The notes beneath the pieces were generated by a model, which did not search any database, was not told the origin of the DNA, and saw nothing but the letters and a program-made list of their open reading frames with translations. The position numbers were made by a program, and so were the translations under genes. Shown one piece after another: positions 1 to 11,779 of a stretch of DNA of 64,000 nucleotides. The stretch comes from Eledone cirrhosa (taxonomy: Eukaryota): positions 8,990,001 to 9,054,000 of the forward strand of contig OZ024759.1 in NCBI GenBank assembly GCA_964016885.1, given 5' to 3'. Every line of letters starts with the position of its first letter. Position 1 is the first letter of the stretch.

Positions 1-1146
1 GACTACACTACACTATACACTACACTATACACTACACTATACTATACACTATATTATACTATACACTATACTATACACTATATTATACACTATAGTATAC
101 ACTATACTATACACTATACTATACTATACACTACACTATACTATACACTAAACTATACACTATACTATACACTAAACTATACACTATATTATACACTGTA
201 CTATACACTACACTACACTATACTATACACTACACTATACTATACTATACACTACACTATACTATACCCTACACTATACTATACCCTATATTATACACTG
301 TACTATACACTACACTATACTATACTATACTATACACTACACTATACTATACCCTATATTATACACTATACTATACACTATACTATACACTACACTATAC
401 TATACCCTATATTATACAATGTACTATACACTACACTATACTATACTATACACTACACTATACTATACACTACACTATACTATACCCTATATTATACACT
501 GTACTATACACTACACTATACTATACTATACACTACACTATACACTATACTATACTATACACTATACTATACACTATACTAAACACTATACTATACTATA
601 CACTACACTATACTATACACTACACTACACTATACACTATATTATACACTATATTATACACTGTACTATACACTATACTATACACTATACTATACACTAT
701 ACTATACACTATACTATACACTATACTATACACTATACTATATACTATACTATACACTACACTATACTATACACTACACTATACTATACTATACACTATA
801 CTATACACTATACTATACTATACACTATACTCTACACTACACTATACTATACACTATACACTATACACTATACTATATACTATACTATACACTATACTAT
901 ACACTACACTATACACTACACTATACTATACACTATACTATACTATACTACACTATACTATACACTACACTATACACTATACTATACACTACACTATACT
1001 ATATACTATACTATACACTATACTATATACTATACTATACACTACACTATACTATATACTCTACACTACACTATACACTATACTCTACACTATACTATAC
1101 ACTACACTATACTATACTCTACACTACACTATACTCTATTATACTC
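1..1146. repeat. Pentamer-based simple satellite (TATAC/TACAC)n
   Basis: Continuous actat/actac/atac units. Source of the spurious YTIH ORF. Confidence 0.95.
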
Positions 1147-1216
1147 TAGAACCTATATTTTATTCCAAGTTCTATCTGATGTTCTCTACTATATACCATG
1201 TTCTCCTCCTCTTCAG

Positions 1217-1345
1217 GTGGATACCACAACAGTCAATGTCAACAAGATCAAAGTCAACAGCTATGTACCTATCTTTGTAAAAACAAAATACATATTTTCT
1301 GTGAAAGAGGATAAACCTAACGACACTGATGTGGGTACAGTAAAA
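1217..1345 (+). CDS. Large cadherin (Fat/Dachsous-like) gene, internal exon 1 of window (phase 0-0)
   Basis: Splice sites cttcag|GTG ... AAA|gtaagt. Encodes VDTTTVNVNKIKVNSYVPIFVKTKYIFSVKEDKPNDTDVGTVK (cadherin linker plus 'Y.FSV.E' strand). Confidence 0.88.
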
Positions 1346-1445
1346 GTAAGTATCCTCACACCATCTCTCTCTCTCTCTCTTTCTACTTATATATATATAG
1401 AAGTATTAATAGATCGTTCCTCAAACTGATTGACAGTGAAACATA

Positions 1446-1788
1446 TCATCAACATCATCATTTCATTTTACGTCCCCTTTTCCCTGCTTGCAAGGGTGGG
1501 ACGGGAACTGATTCTGGCTTGATTTCTACAGCTGGATGCCCTTCCTAACACCAACCTCATTTACAGTGAGTGCTGGGTGCTGTTTTGCCGTGGCACCTCC
1601 ACGACCACTTTGCAGTGGAATGATAGGGACTCCAGTCCCTATCATCTCATTTCTACAGCTGAGTAAACTGGAGCAATGCGAAATAAAGTGTCTTGCTCAA
1701 GGAAACAACACATCACCCGGTCTGAGAATTGAACTCACAACTTTTCGATTGCAAGGCCAACGCTCTAACCACTAAGCCATGTGCTTCC
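1446..1788 (-). mobile_element. tRNA-derived SINE family 1 (CORE-like centre, RTE-like 3' tail, (ATG)n end)
   Basis: Minus strand reads A box (tggcttagtgg), B box (gagttcaattc), ccttgagcaagacact, then a tail shared with the RTE 3' ends. Sister copies at 35779-36171, 38606-38950 and 58127-58372. Confidence 0.8.
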
Positions 1789-1943
1789 ATATGTAATATG
1801 TAATTAAATATGTATATCATGCAACACTGATTCTTTGTTCCCTTATATAGTATCGTTGGAGTGTCTGGCGCCATGCTTTGCAGCCAAGAGTTACGGCCCT
1901 TTATGGTCTGAGTTCAAATCTCGCCGAAGCAAATTTTCCTATA

Positions 1944-3717
1944 TCATCAGGTTTAGCGTCCGTGTTCCACGCTTGCATGGGTTTGGACGGGGTTTTTCCC
2001 ACTTGAGGCAAGAGTGGTTGTCTTGCTCGCATAGGACTGTCTGGCGGGTTTTCTACAGTTGGATGCCCTTCCTAACACCAACCACATTTACAGTGTGGGG
2101 CTGGGAGGTTTTTAATGTGTTGCCTACACGGCCACATTACAGCGTGGACTGTCTGGCGGGTTTTCTACAGCTGGATGCTCTTCCTAACACCAACCACATT
2201 TACAGTGTGGGGCTGGGAGGTTTTTACCGTGTTGCCTACACGGCCACATTTACAGCGTGGACTGTGTGTTTTTTTGTCGTGACACCTACACGATCTCATT
2301 TGTTTCGGCCTGGATGTTGTGGGACCAACATAACTTTACATTGAAAGGGGCGGTGTGGATGGGGTGGAGGTGGTGGGACGGGGGGGGTGTTTTGATAGAG
2401 ATGCCTACTGACTGTAGTAGGTTTTTACTTTGTATTTAGGTAAGGCGGGTCTTCTCTATTACTGAGTACCGCCAAAGGTCTCGATCCAGTGACATTGTCT
2501 TGGAGAGGTGTAAGCGTGTGAGGTCGGAATTTATCAGCTCGTCCCATGTTTTTCTGGGTCTGCCTACTCCGTGGCTACCGTCTATCTTTATTGCCCTGCA
2601 CTTTGTTATACAGCTGTCGTCTTTCATGCGCATCACGTGACCGTACCAACGTAGCCTTCTCTCGAGTAAACAACATCTGATCCCTCTTATTTCTAATTTT
2701 TTCCTTAGTTCGTTTATGCTTTGCCGTTCACGTATATTACTATTGCACATCCAGCGGAGCATGCAAGCTTCGTTCCTCTCTAGTCTGCGTATATCCTCTG
2801 CACACAATGCCCAGGTCTCACTGCCATGCAGCATTGCTGTTCATATGCAGGCATCGTATAACCTGCCTTTCATTTTTAGGGAGAACCCTCTAGCGGCTAA
2901 TAGTGGTATAAGCTCTCTGAACTTTTTCCATCCAGTTCTGACTCTAGCTACTGTACTTTCAGAGCACCCTCCCCCACTGCTGATTTTGTCACCCAGGTAA
3001 CGGAAGCTGTCCACTATTTCTATAGAACCCTCTGCGCAGTTGAAGGAGCTAGTATTTTGTGGGCACTTGCTGCTACTTATTGCACCAGAGCACCGGCCAC
3101 ATGTAAAATCTATGTTCTTAGTTAGCTTACCTGTGATCCCACTACATCTTTTATGCACCCATACTTTGCATTTGGGACATAAAATGGAGTTTCTACGTAC
3201 GCCTTTCCTACACACTGAGCATGGCCATTTCCCAGATGGGACTGCCGCCTTATTTTCTTTCCTACAAACTAGAACTTTAGTCTTAGCCAGGTTAATTTTA
3301 AGGCCTTTTGATTCTAGGCCGTGCTTCCATGTTTGGAATTTCTTCTCTAGTTCGGTCATTGATTCAGCTATGAGCGTTAGATCATCTGCGTATAGGAGTT
3401 CCCATGGGCAGCCGGTCTTGAACTCCTCTGTTATAGCCTGAAGGGCAATAATAAATAGTAGGGGGCTGAGAACAGAGCCCTGATGGACACCAACTTTTAC
3501 GCTAAACTCTTCACTATATTCGTTGTTAATTCTAACCTTACTGACTGTTTCTTTATACATGGCTTGTATAGCTCTCACAAGCCATTCGTCAACACCTAGT
3601 TTTCTAAGAGCCCACCAGATAATGGAACGGGGGACTCTGTCGAAGGCTTTCTCCAAGTCGACGAAAGCTAAGTATAGGGGTTTACTTTTAGCTAGGTACT
3701 TCTCCTGTAGTTGTCGT

Positions 3718-3720
<3 letters not shown>
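1944..3720 (-). mobile_element. RTE-clade LINE family A, 5'-truncated (RT, PHD-like insert, C-terminus, 3'UTR)
   Basis: ORFs 2841-3656 and 2436-2834: AFDRVPR, GVHQGSVLSP, LLYADD, FRYLG, RRLRWYGHV..GRPRKTW. One internal stop. Confidence 0.92.
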
Positions 3721-3756
<36 letters not shown>

Positions 3757-3757
3757 A

Positions 3758-3813
<56 letters not shown>

Positions 3814-4123
3814 AAATATTATAGTTTGCTTGAATCATTGTATATAATATACAATGTGGAAATAGATAGACGGCTAAACAATGCAAAGCGGAGTCGGGCA
3901 CCAATCACAAGCTTTCTGACTTGACCACTGGCCATGTGACAGATCTTAGCCATTTTGAATTCGTTTCTCGCGGGGATCATTTAAGAAAAATCTTTGTCCA
4001 ATTGAGTTTGTTTCCTGATGATTTCGAAACTCGTTGATTTATCCATGATCGGATATTTCCAAAAAGCGAATGAAACCTCCGGGGGTGGAAACATGATTTT
4101 GGTATGTTTATGTCAACAAAAGG

Positions 4124-5593
4124 TCAACAAAAGCTAAGTAGAGGGGTTTACTTTTAACTAGGTACTTCTCTTGTAGTTGTCGTACAAGGAAAAGAGCATC
4201 TGTGGTACTTTTACCTGACACAAACCCAAACTGCATTTCATCTAGATCAATTCACTCTCTGATTAGTTGCACTATAACTCTTTCTCTGACCTTCATGACC
4301 TGGTCAACTAACTTAATGCCTCAATAACAGAGGAGTTTAAGACTGGATGCCCATGGTAACTCCTGTATGTGGATGATCTCACACTTATAGCTGAATCTAT
4401 GGTAGAACTAGAGAAGAAATTCCAAACATAGAAGCGGGGACTAGAAAGAAAGGGTCTCAAAGTCAACCTGACAAAGACTAAGGTCCTCATAAGTACAAGA
4501 AAACAGAACCCAGATCCCCTCAGGTAAATGACCTTGCTCAGTATGTAAGAAAGGTGTAGGTAGGAACTCCATCCTCTGCCTCAAATGCAAACAATGGGTA
4601 CACAAGAGATATAGCGGGATCTCAGGAAGCTTAACTAAGAATGTAGGCTTCACATGTAGCAGCTGCGCTGAGACAGCAAGCAGCAAACAGCCACAGGAAA
4701 CAAGTACCACCAATCTCTGGGAGCGCTCTGTAGAAACAGTGGATAGCTTTTGCTACCTAGGTGACTGAATTAGCAGCGAAGGTGGGTGTTCTGAAAGTAC
4801 AGTAGCCAGGGTAAGAACAGGGTGGAAGAAGTTCAGGGAGCTTCTGCCACTGCTAGCTGCAAAAGACTTTTCCCTCAAAATGAAAGGCAGACTGTATGAT
4901 ACGTGCATACAAACAGCAATGTTACATGGTAGTGAGACCTGGGTGTTGTGTGTAGAAGACTTGTGTAGATTAGAAAGAAACGAAGCCTGCATGCTCCGAT
5001 GGATGTGTAATAGTAATATATGCGAACAACAAAGCATAAACGAATTGAGAGAGAGACTGAGCATAAGAGGAATCAAATGCTACGTGCAGGAGAGGCGGTT
5101 GCGTTGGTATGGACATGTGATGCGTATGAAGGATGACAGCTGCATAAAAAGGTGCAGAGCACTAGAAGTTGATGGAAGCCGCAGAGTGATAAAATCCAAC
5201 CTTACCCAATTGCACATCTCAAAGGTGATGACACCTCTGGTGTGATGCAGTAATACAGAAGACACGACCCCCCACGGGTACAAGCCGAAGCTGAAGCATA
5301 TAGACAATATTCCCCCACACCCTCCCACTGCAAAGTGGTCATGGAGGTAGAACGGCAAAAAAAGCACCCAGCCCACACTGTAAAGTGGTCGTGTAGGTGC
5401 CACGGAAAAAGCACCCAGCACTCACTGTAAATGAGGTTGGTGTTAGGAAGGGCATCCAGCTGTAGAAATCAAGCCAAAATCAGTTCCCGTATGAGCAAGA
5501 CAAGGTCAGCTGACTGGACACTGCCCACAACAGGACAACCAGTCTAACCCATGCTAGCGTGGAAGAACGGACGTAAAACGGTGATGATGATGA
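4124..5593 (+). mobile_element. RTE family A copy, degenerate, with inverted 5' segment (4124-4305 on - strand)
   Basis: + strand from ITEEFKTGCP to the 3'UTR and (GAT)n tail. The - strand piece encodes QVMKV...LDEMQFGFV..KSTTDALFLVRQLQEKYL..AFVD. Confidence 0.85.
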
Positions 5594-5625
5594 TATATAT
5601 ATACATATATATATACATATATATA

Positions 5626-6425
5626 CACCCTTTTCAAAGACCTCCCTGTATAGATAAGAAATGTATAATCTGTAAATTAAGCCCCCATATTAACTGTAAA
5701 ACTAGAAATGTAGTATATAGCATAAGATGTACTGAAGGACAATGTAGAGATAAGAATATAGTGTACATAGGTGAGACAGCTCGTAGTATAGGGGAACGGA
5801 TAAATGAACACTGGTGAGAGCTTCAAGATAGTAAAGAATCATCTGTACTCTACCAACATGCTAAAATAGAACACAAGGGTAAATTAGAGAACATAGAAAT
5901 AAAAATAGAATCTACACACAGAAAAGACGCAATGTTTAGACAAATCACAGAGGCAATAAACATAAATGAACTCCAACCAAAATTAAATAGAAAACATGAA
6001 TGGAACAGCAACATCACAACTTACAATTAAGGACAAAATGAAAATAAACACACACATAGAACAAACAACCAACCAGTAACATGTAAATAAACAAATAAAT
6101 AAACAAATATAAACACACACAGACATTCGGATGTAACACATGCGCAAACTAAGCACACAACACACACAAAAACAAGATGGCGTAGGACAGAACAAAGGAG
6201 AGGCACAAAAACAAAGAAAAGGATCCCCAGTCACTGAAGAGGTCACAGAATGTGTAACGAAAGAACTTTGACAATATATGAACAATCATCTGGTTGTGGA
6301 ACCAATCAACCAACCGGAAATTTATAAATTCCTAAATTTATAAATTTATTATAATAAATTGAAGTGAAAGCAACTGGTGCGTGTGTTTCTTATTGGCAAC
6401 ATGACCCTCCCAAAGTATAACAATA
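5626..6425 (+). mobile_element. Penelope-like element 3' remnant: GIY-YIG endonuclease (5626-6030, one stop) plus pLTR
   Basis: C..CK..NC.TRNVVYSIRC...VYIGETARSIGERINEH*...VLYQHA..EH...RQITEAININELQPKLNR. Followed by a repeat also found at 33760, 40727, 42796 and 50440. Confidence 0.85.
6230..6272 (+). ncRNA. Minimal type I hammerhead ribozyme motif (pLTR family 2)
   Basis: GUCA CUGAAGA G GUCACA-loop-UGUAAC GAAA GAAC UU UGAC. Stem I gtca/tgac; cleavage triplet CUU. Confidence 0.65.
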
Positions 6426-6450
6426 TATATGTGTATATATATGTATATGT

Positions 6451-6505
<55 letters not shown>

Positions 6506-6509
<4 letters not shown>

Positions 6510-7537
6510 GCCGGTGTTCTGGTGCAATAAGTAGCAGCAAGTGCCCACAAAATACTAGCTCTTTCAATTGCGCAGAGGGTTTTATAGAAATAGTGGACAG
6601 CTTCCGTTACCTGGGCGATAAAATCAGCAGTGGGGGAGGGTGCTCTGAAAGTACTGTAGCTAGAGTCAGAACTGGTTGGAAAAAGTTCAGAGAGCTTATA
6701 CCACTATTAGCTGCTAAAGGGTTCTCCCTAAAAATGAAAGGCAGGTTGTACGATGCCTGCATACGAACAGCAATGTTGCATGGTAGTGAGACCTGGGCAT
6801 TGTGTGCAGAGGATATACGCAGACTAGAGAGGAACGAAGCTTGCATGCTCCGCTGGATGTGTAACAGTAATATACGTGAACGGCAAAGCATAAACGAACT
6901 AAGGAAAAAATTAGAGATAAGAGGGATCAGATGTTGTTTACTCGAGAGAAGGCTGCGTTGGTATGGACACGTGATGCGCATGAAAGTCGATAGCTGTATT
7001 ACAAAGTGCAGGGCAATAAAGATAGACGGTAGCCACGGAATAGGCAGACCTAGAAAAACATGGGATGAGCTGATAAACTCCGACCTCACACACTTACACC
7101 TCTCCAAGACAATGTCACTGGACCGTGACCTTTGGCGGTACTCAGTAACAGAGAAGACCCGCCTTGCCAGTAGGCATCTCTAACAAAATACACCCCTCCC
7201 GCCGCCACCCCCACCCCATCCACACCACCCCGTTCTATGTAAAGTTATGTTGGTGCCGCGCCATCCAGGCCGAAACAAATGAGATCGTGTAGGTGTCACG
7301 ACAAAAAAACACACAGTCCACGCTGTAATGTGGCCGTGTAGGCAACACGGTAAAAACCTCCCAGACCCACACTGTAAATGTGGTTGGTGTTAGGAAGGGC
7401 ATCCAACTGTAGAAAACCTGCCAGACAGTCCTATGCGAGCAAGACAATCACTCTTGCCTCAAGTGGGACTACCCCCGTCCAAACCCATGCAAGCGTGGAA
7501 CACGGACGTTAAACGTTGATGATGATGATGATGATGA
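6506..7537 (+). mobile_element. RTE family A 3' fragment with 3'UTR and (GAT)n tail
   Basis: FRYLGDKISSGGG...RRLRWYGHV...KTRL. Highly similar to the inverted copy at 1944-3100. Confidence 0.9.
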
Positions 7538-7538
7538 T

Positions 7539-7608
<70 letters not shown>

Positions 7609-7761
7609 CATATACATCATCGTCATCAACGTTTAACGTCCGTGTTCCACGCTTGCATGGGTTTGGACGGGATACACATATATATATAAATACATATATA
7701 TATACATATATATATATACACACATGTATATATATATATATACATATATATATACACACAT

Positions 7762-7811
<50 letters not shown>

Positions 7812-8139
7812 TAATAAAAACAATGAATAAAATCAAAGAACAAAGAAGTTCCTTATATTAAAAAATTCATCATTTTATGATCGTTTCTAGGATATATATG
7901 TGTGTTGGTATGTATATCATATAGATCTATGTAAAAATATTTCAAACTATCAGAGGAAATATATATACCTTCACATATATATGCTGTCCTCATTCACACA
8001 CACACATATATATATATATATATCATCATCATCTTCGTTTAACGTCCATCTTGCATGCTTGCATGGGTTTGGACGGGAATTTTCCCACTTGAGGCAAGAT
8101 TGGTTGTCTTGCTCATATAGGACTGATATATATATATAT

Positions 8140-8215
<76 letters not shown>

Positions 8216-8392
8216 TATTCCGGGTTGAATCGGAGGTAACCACAGTAAGTAAGGTACTCAATACATAGCAGAGTATAAAAGTTTCATCAGGAATCTCCTG
8301 ATGATTTCTAATGAATGAAACAGTTCTAGTCCTGTAGAATCTCATCTATATTAAAACTATATATATATACATATATATATATATATACATAT

Positions 8393-8557
<165 letters not shown>

Positions 8558-8580
8558 CACATATATATATAAACATATAT

Positions 8581-8644
<64 letters not shown>

Positions 8645-8659
8645 GTAATAATAATAATT

Positions 8660-8848
8660 GTTTCTACGTTTGGCACAAGGCCAGCAATTACCCAGTTTAT
8701 TACTGGTACTTTATTTTATCGACCCCGTAAGGATGAAAGGCAAAGTTAACCTTGGGGGGATTTGAACTCAGAATGGCAAGGGCCGTAACTCTATACGTCA
8801 AAGCATGGCGTCCGACCCTCTACCAATACTGCCAATCCACTGCCTTAT
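8660..8848 (-). mobile_element. tRNA-derived SINE family 2
   Basis: Minus strand: ggattggcagtattggtagag...gagttcaaatcc...actttgcctttcatccttacggggtcgataaa, ending in (TTA)n. Confidence 0.8.
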
Positions 8849-8854
8849 AGTAAT

Positions 8855-9218
8855 AATAACAATAATGCTTTCTTTATTAACCACAAGGGTTTACACAAAG
8901 TAGACATTAAGGACAGTACAGGACAATACAGGACAATGCAGGATGGTACAAATGGGTATTTCTGCGTGTAAAAAAAACAAAAACAGAGGATGTAACAAAA
9001 AAAGAAACAATGAAAAGTTCCCCAATAGGGGGGAGACTTCCGAGGGACATTCGTGGAGAAAGCCCATTAAAAAAGCGATGGTGACCCTGACCACCAGGGC
9101 AAGTGCCCTCTCCCAGTTCCCCACCTTTAATTTACAGACACATACTCAGAGTAGGTCCATTCACTCGGGCCATTCTTGCCTCTCTCACCCATCTTTCAAC
9201 AAAATGCTGCGAAGAGAG
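8855..9218 (-). mobile_element. 3' end of a Tx1/L1-like LINE (ORF C-terminus plus 3'UTR)
   Basis: Homologous to 20180-20470, 21485-21640, 33152-33515 and 53400-53790 (HFVERWV..ARM..VNGPTL; cctattgggga; aataaagaa..(TTA)n). Clade assignment is inferred. Confidence 0.55.
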
Positions 9219-9282
9219 TAATAATCATCGTTTAATGTCTAGCGTGGAAGATAGACGTTAAACGATGATGATGATGATATAC

Positions 9283-9341
<59 letters not shown>

Positions 9342-9549
9342 GTAATAATAATAATAATACTAATGATAATAATCCCATTAAGGGTGAAATCAGCGATTCT
9401 TTGCTTAAACTTTAATCTGTTATTTTAATAAATATATATATATATTAACTCCTGACTCTCCACATGATGCCTTTGACACTAATAACAACTATGTACCCTA
9501 AATGTTCTAAATGACTGGGACTTTAGTCATATGTTTCGCTATTCCTTAT

Positions 9550-9594
9550 GCTCTGATGATTCCAGACTTCCCTCTGGAAGAAACAATTGTCAGC
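9550..9594 (+). ncRNA. Canonical minimal type I hammerhead ribozyme motif (family 3)
   Basis: GCU CUGAUGA UUCCAGA-CUUCCC-UCUGGAA GAAA CAAUUG UC AGC. Intact core, 7-bp stem II, palindromic stem III, GUC site (cut after 9591). Confidence 0.8.
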
Positions 9595-9751
9595 TAATAA
9601 ATGTTCTAAACTAAAATTTGATTGTTTTAACACTTTGTGTATATATATATACACATATATATATATATATAATACAGTACAGAGATAAGAAAACACAAAA
9701 AGGGGTTATGTTTTCATTTACAAATCTTTAACTGTTTTTTTTCTATATATA

Positions 9752-10530
9752 TTATCATCATCATTGTTTAACGTCTATCTTCCACGCTAGCATGGGTTTA
9801 GACGGGAATTGTCCCACTTGAGGCAAGATTGGTTGGGTGACCGTGTCTTGCTTGTCTGGCAGGTTTTCTACGGCTGGCTGCCCTTCCTAACACCAACCAC
9901 ATTTACAGTGTGGGGCTGGGAGGTTTTTACCGTGTTGCCTACACGGCCACATTACAGCGTGGACTGTCTGGCAGGTTTTCTACAGTTGGATGCCCTTCCT
10001 AACACCAACCACATTTACAGTGTGGGGCTGGGAGGTTTTTACCGTGTTGCCTACACGGCCACATTACAGCGTGGACTGTCTGGCAGGTTTTCTACAGCTG
10101 GATGCCCTTCCTAACTCCAACCACATTTACAGTGTGGGGCTGGGAGGTTTTTACCGTGTTGCCTACACGGCCACATTACAGCGTGGACTGTCTGGCAGGT
10201 TTTCTACAGCTGGATGCCCTTCCTAACTCCAACCACATTTACAGTGTGGGGCTGGGAGGTTTTTACCGTGTTGCCTACACGGCCACATTACAGCGTGGAC
10301 TGTCTGGCAGGTTTTCTACAGTTGGATGCCCTTCCTAACTCCAACCACATTTACAGTGTGGGGCTGGGAGGTTTTTACAGTGTTGCCTACACGGCCACAT
10401 TACAGCATGGACTGTGTGTTTTTTTGTCGTGACACCTACACGACCTCATTTGTTTCGGACTGGATGTTGTGGTACCAACATAACTTTACATTGAAAGGGG
10501 CGGTGCGGATGGGGTGGGGGTGGTGGGACG
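9752..10530 (-). repeat. RTE family A 3'UTR-derived element with internal 112-bp tandem repeat (about 5 copies)
   Basis: Period 112 (ORF starts at 9990, 10102, 10214, 10326). The unit matches the RTE 3'UTR at 2030-2270 and 7310-7430. Confidence 0.88.
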
Positions 10531-10615
10531 ATATATATATATATATATATATATATGTGCGTATGTGTGTTATATTATATGTATACGATTATATATACAC
10601 AATACTTTGTTTCAG

Positions 10616-10665
10616 GCCACTGACCAGGATGGAGATGCAATTGAATATAGACTTCCAGATAGCCA
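10616..10665 (+). CDS. Cadherin exon 2 (phase 0-2)
   Basis: tttcag|GCC ... CA|gtaagt. Encodes ATDQDGDAIEYRLPDS(Q), with the AxDxD Ca-binding motif. Phase fits both neighbours. Confidence 0.88.
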
Positions 10666-10804
10666 GTAAGTAAAACTGATATCTACTTATATATTTAGCA
10701 TTATTATCATGTTCAATACTTGGGACAAGTAAAGAAGATGTGAAACCAGATGATGTTGACATGTAATATATGTGTGTATATATGTGTATATATATATATA
10801 TATA

Positions 10805-11272
10805 TACGATATTAAATAAATGGAAACTATATTTATAAAACCATATTTATTTCATTATATATATTTCAGGGATATCATATTAAAAATATGGTATGCCTTC
10901 ATCAGACAAAATACAATATAAACAGTCTTATAAATAGATAGATTTGACATACTTTACACTTCAACTTCCATTTAAAAAGTTGATTTGGTAGTGATTTTTT
11001 GGTAGTGTTTTTTTAAAATGGAAGTTGAAGTTGTAAAGTATGTCAAATCTATCTATTTATAAGACTGTTTATATTGTATTTTGTCTGATGAAGGCATACC
11101 ATATTTTTAATATGATATCCCTGAAATATATATAATGAAATAAATATGGTTTTATAAATATAGTTTCCATTTATTTAATATCGTAAATATACTCCAATTA
11201 CTTGTTGAGTGCTTTTATATCAGTTATAAATATTTACTCGTTGTAACCCAACAATTTAAATAAAACTTTGCA
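10805..11272. mobile_element. Fold-back element (pLTR family 1): ~170-bp inverted arms plus one-sided extension, between (TA)n tracts
   Basis: Arms about 10805-10977 and 11011-11185 are reverse complements. Hammerhead motifs at 10849-10912(-) and 11078-11141(+). Confidence 0.8.
11078..11141 (+). ncRNA. Minimal type I hammerhead motif (family 1); mirror copy at 10849-10912(-)
   Basis: AUUUUGU CUGAUGA AGG...CCU GAAA UAUAUA UA AUGAAAU. Confidence 0.62.
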
Positions 11273-11779
11273 TATATAATATATATATATATATGATGGC
11301 TGCAAACTCTGTTAAGAATATTGCAATTGCTTGTCAGATTCTAGGGTTTGGTGCACTTTTAGGCTACGGCCAGACACACAAACCTGTAACAGATCCTGAA
11401 CAAGCAATGCCTGTGCTTTGAAGGGTTTTTTTTAAGTGGGGAAAGGCCTTGCACTCAACCAATCCCACTCTCTGAGCATCGAAAACACTACCCGAAAAGG
11501 AGAACTGGTCAACATCATCAGATGCTTCCGAAGCCGCAGGTTTTTTTTTCAGAGTTTCCCTCTTTTAGAAAAGTGTTGTGACAACAACTGGGGGCCTTTC
11601 CCTCCCAGGTGAAAAAAAAAAAAGTCTTATTTCAATGGCTGTTGACTCTGCTGAGTTCCTCCACCCTTTTGCCGTGTCTTGTATTTCATCCCACAGAGTG
11701 TCCAAATATGAGCCTCCTCACCAAGCAAGCTTGGTGAGGTTGCCAGTTTAGTCCCCCCCGACGACCTCACCATGAGACA

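Noticed and set aside
419-1429. 336-aa ORF, and similar YIYI/HTYI ORFs at 14042-14881, 23300-24802 and 58481-61224
   Set aside because: Micro- or minisatellite translations. Only 1217-1345 is a real exon.
5815-5817. In-frame TGA in the PLE endonuclease as possible selenocysteine
   Set aside because: It does not fall at a Cys-motif position and is simply explained by a CGA>TGA or AGA>TGA change in a dead copy. No SECIS was identified.
8280-8335. CTGATGA...GAAAC hammerhead-like string (also 51165-51185 on - strand)
   Set aside because: I could not form stem I, or find GAAA after a stem II, on either strand. At most a decayed remnant.
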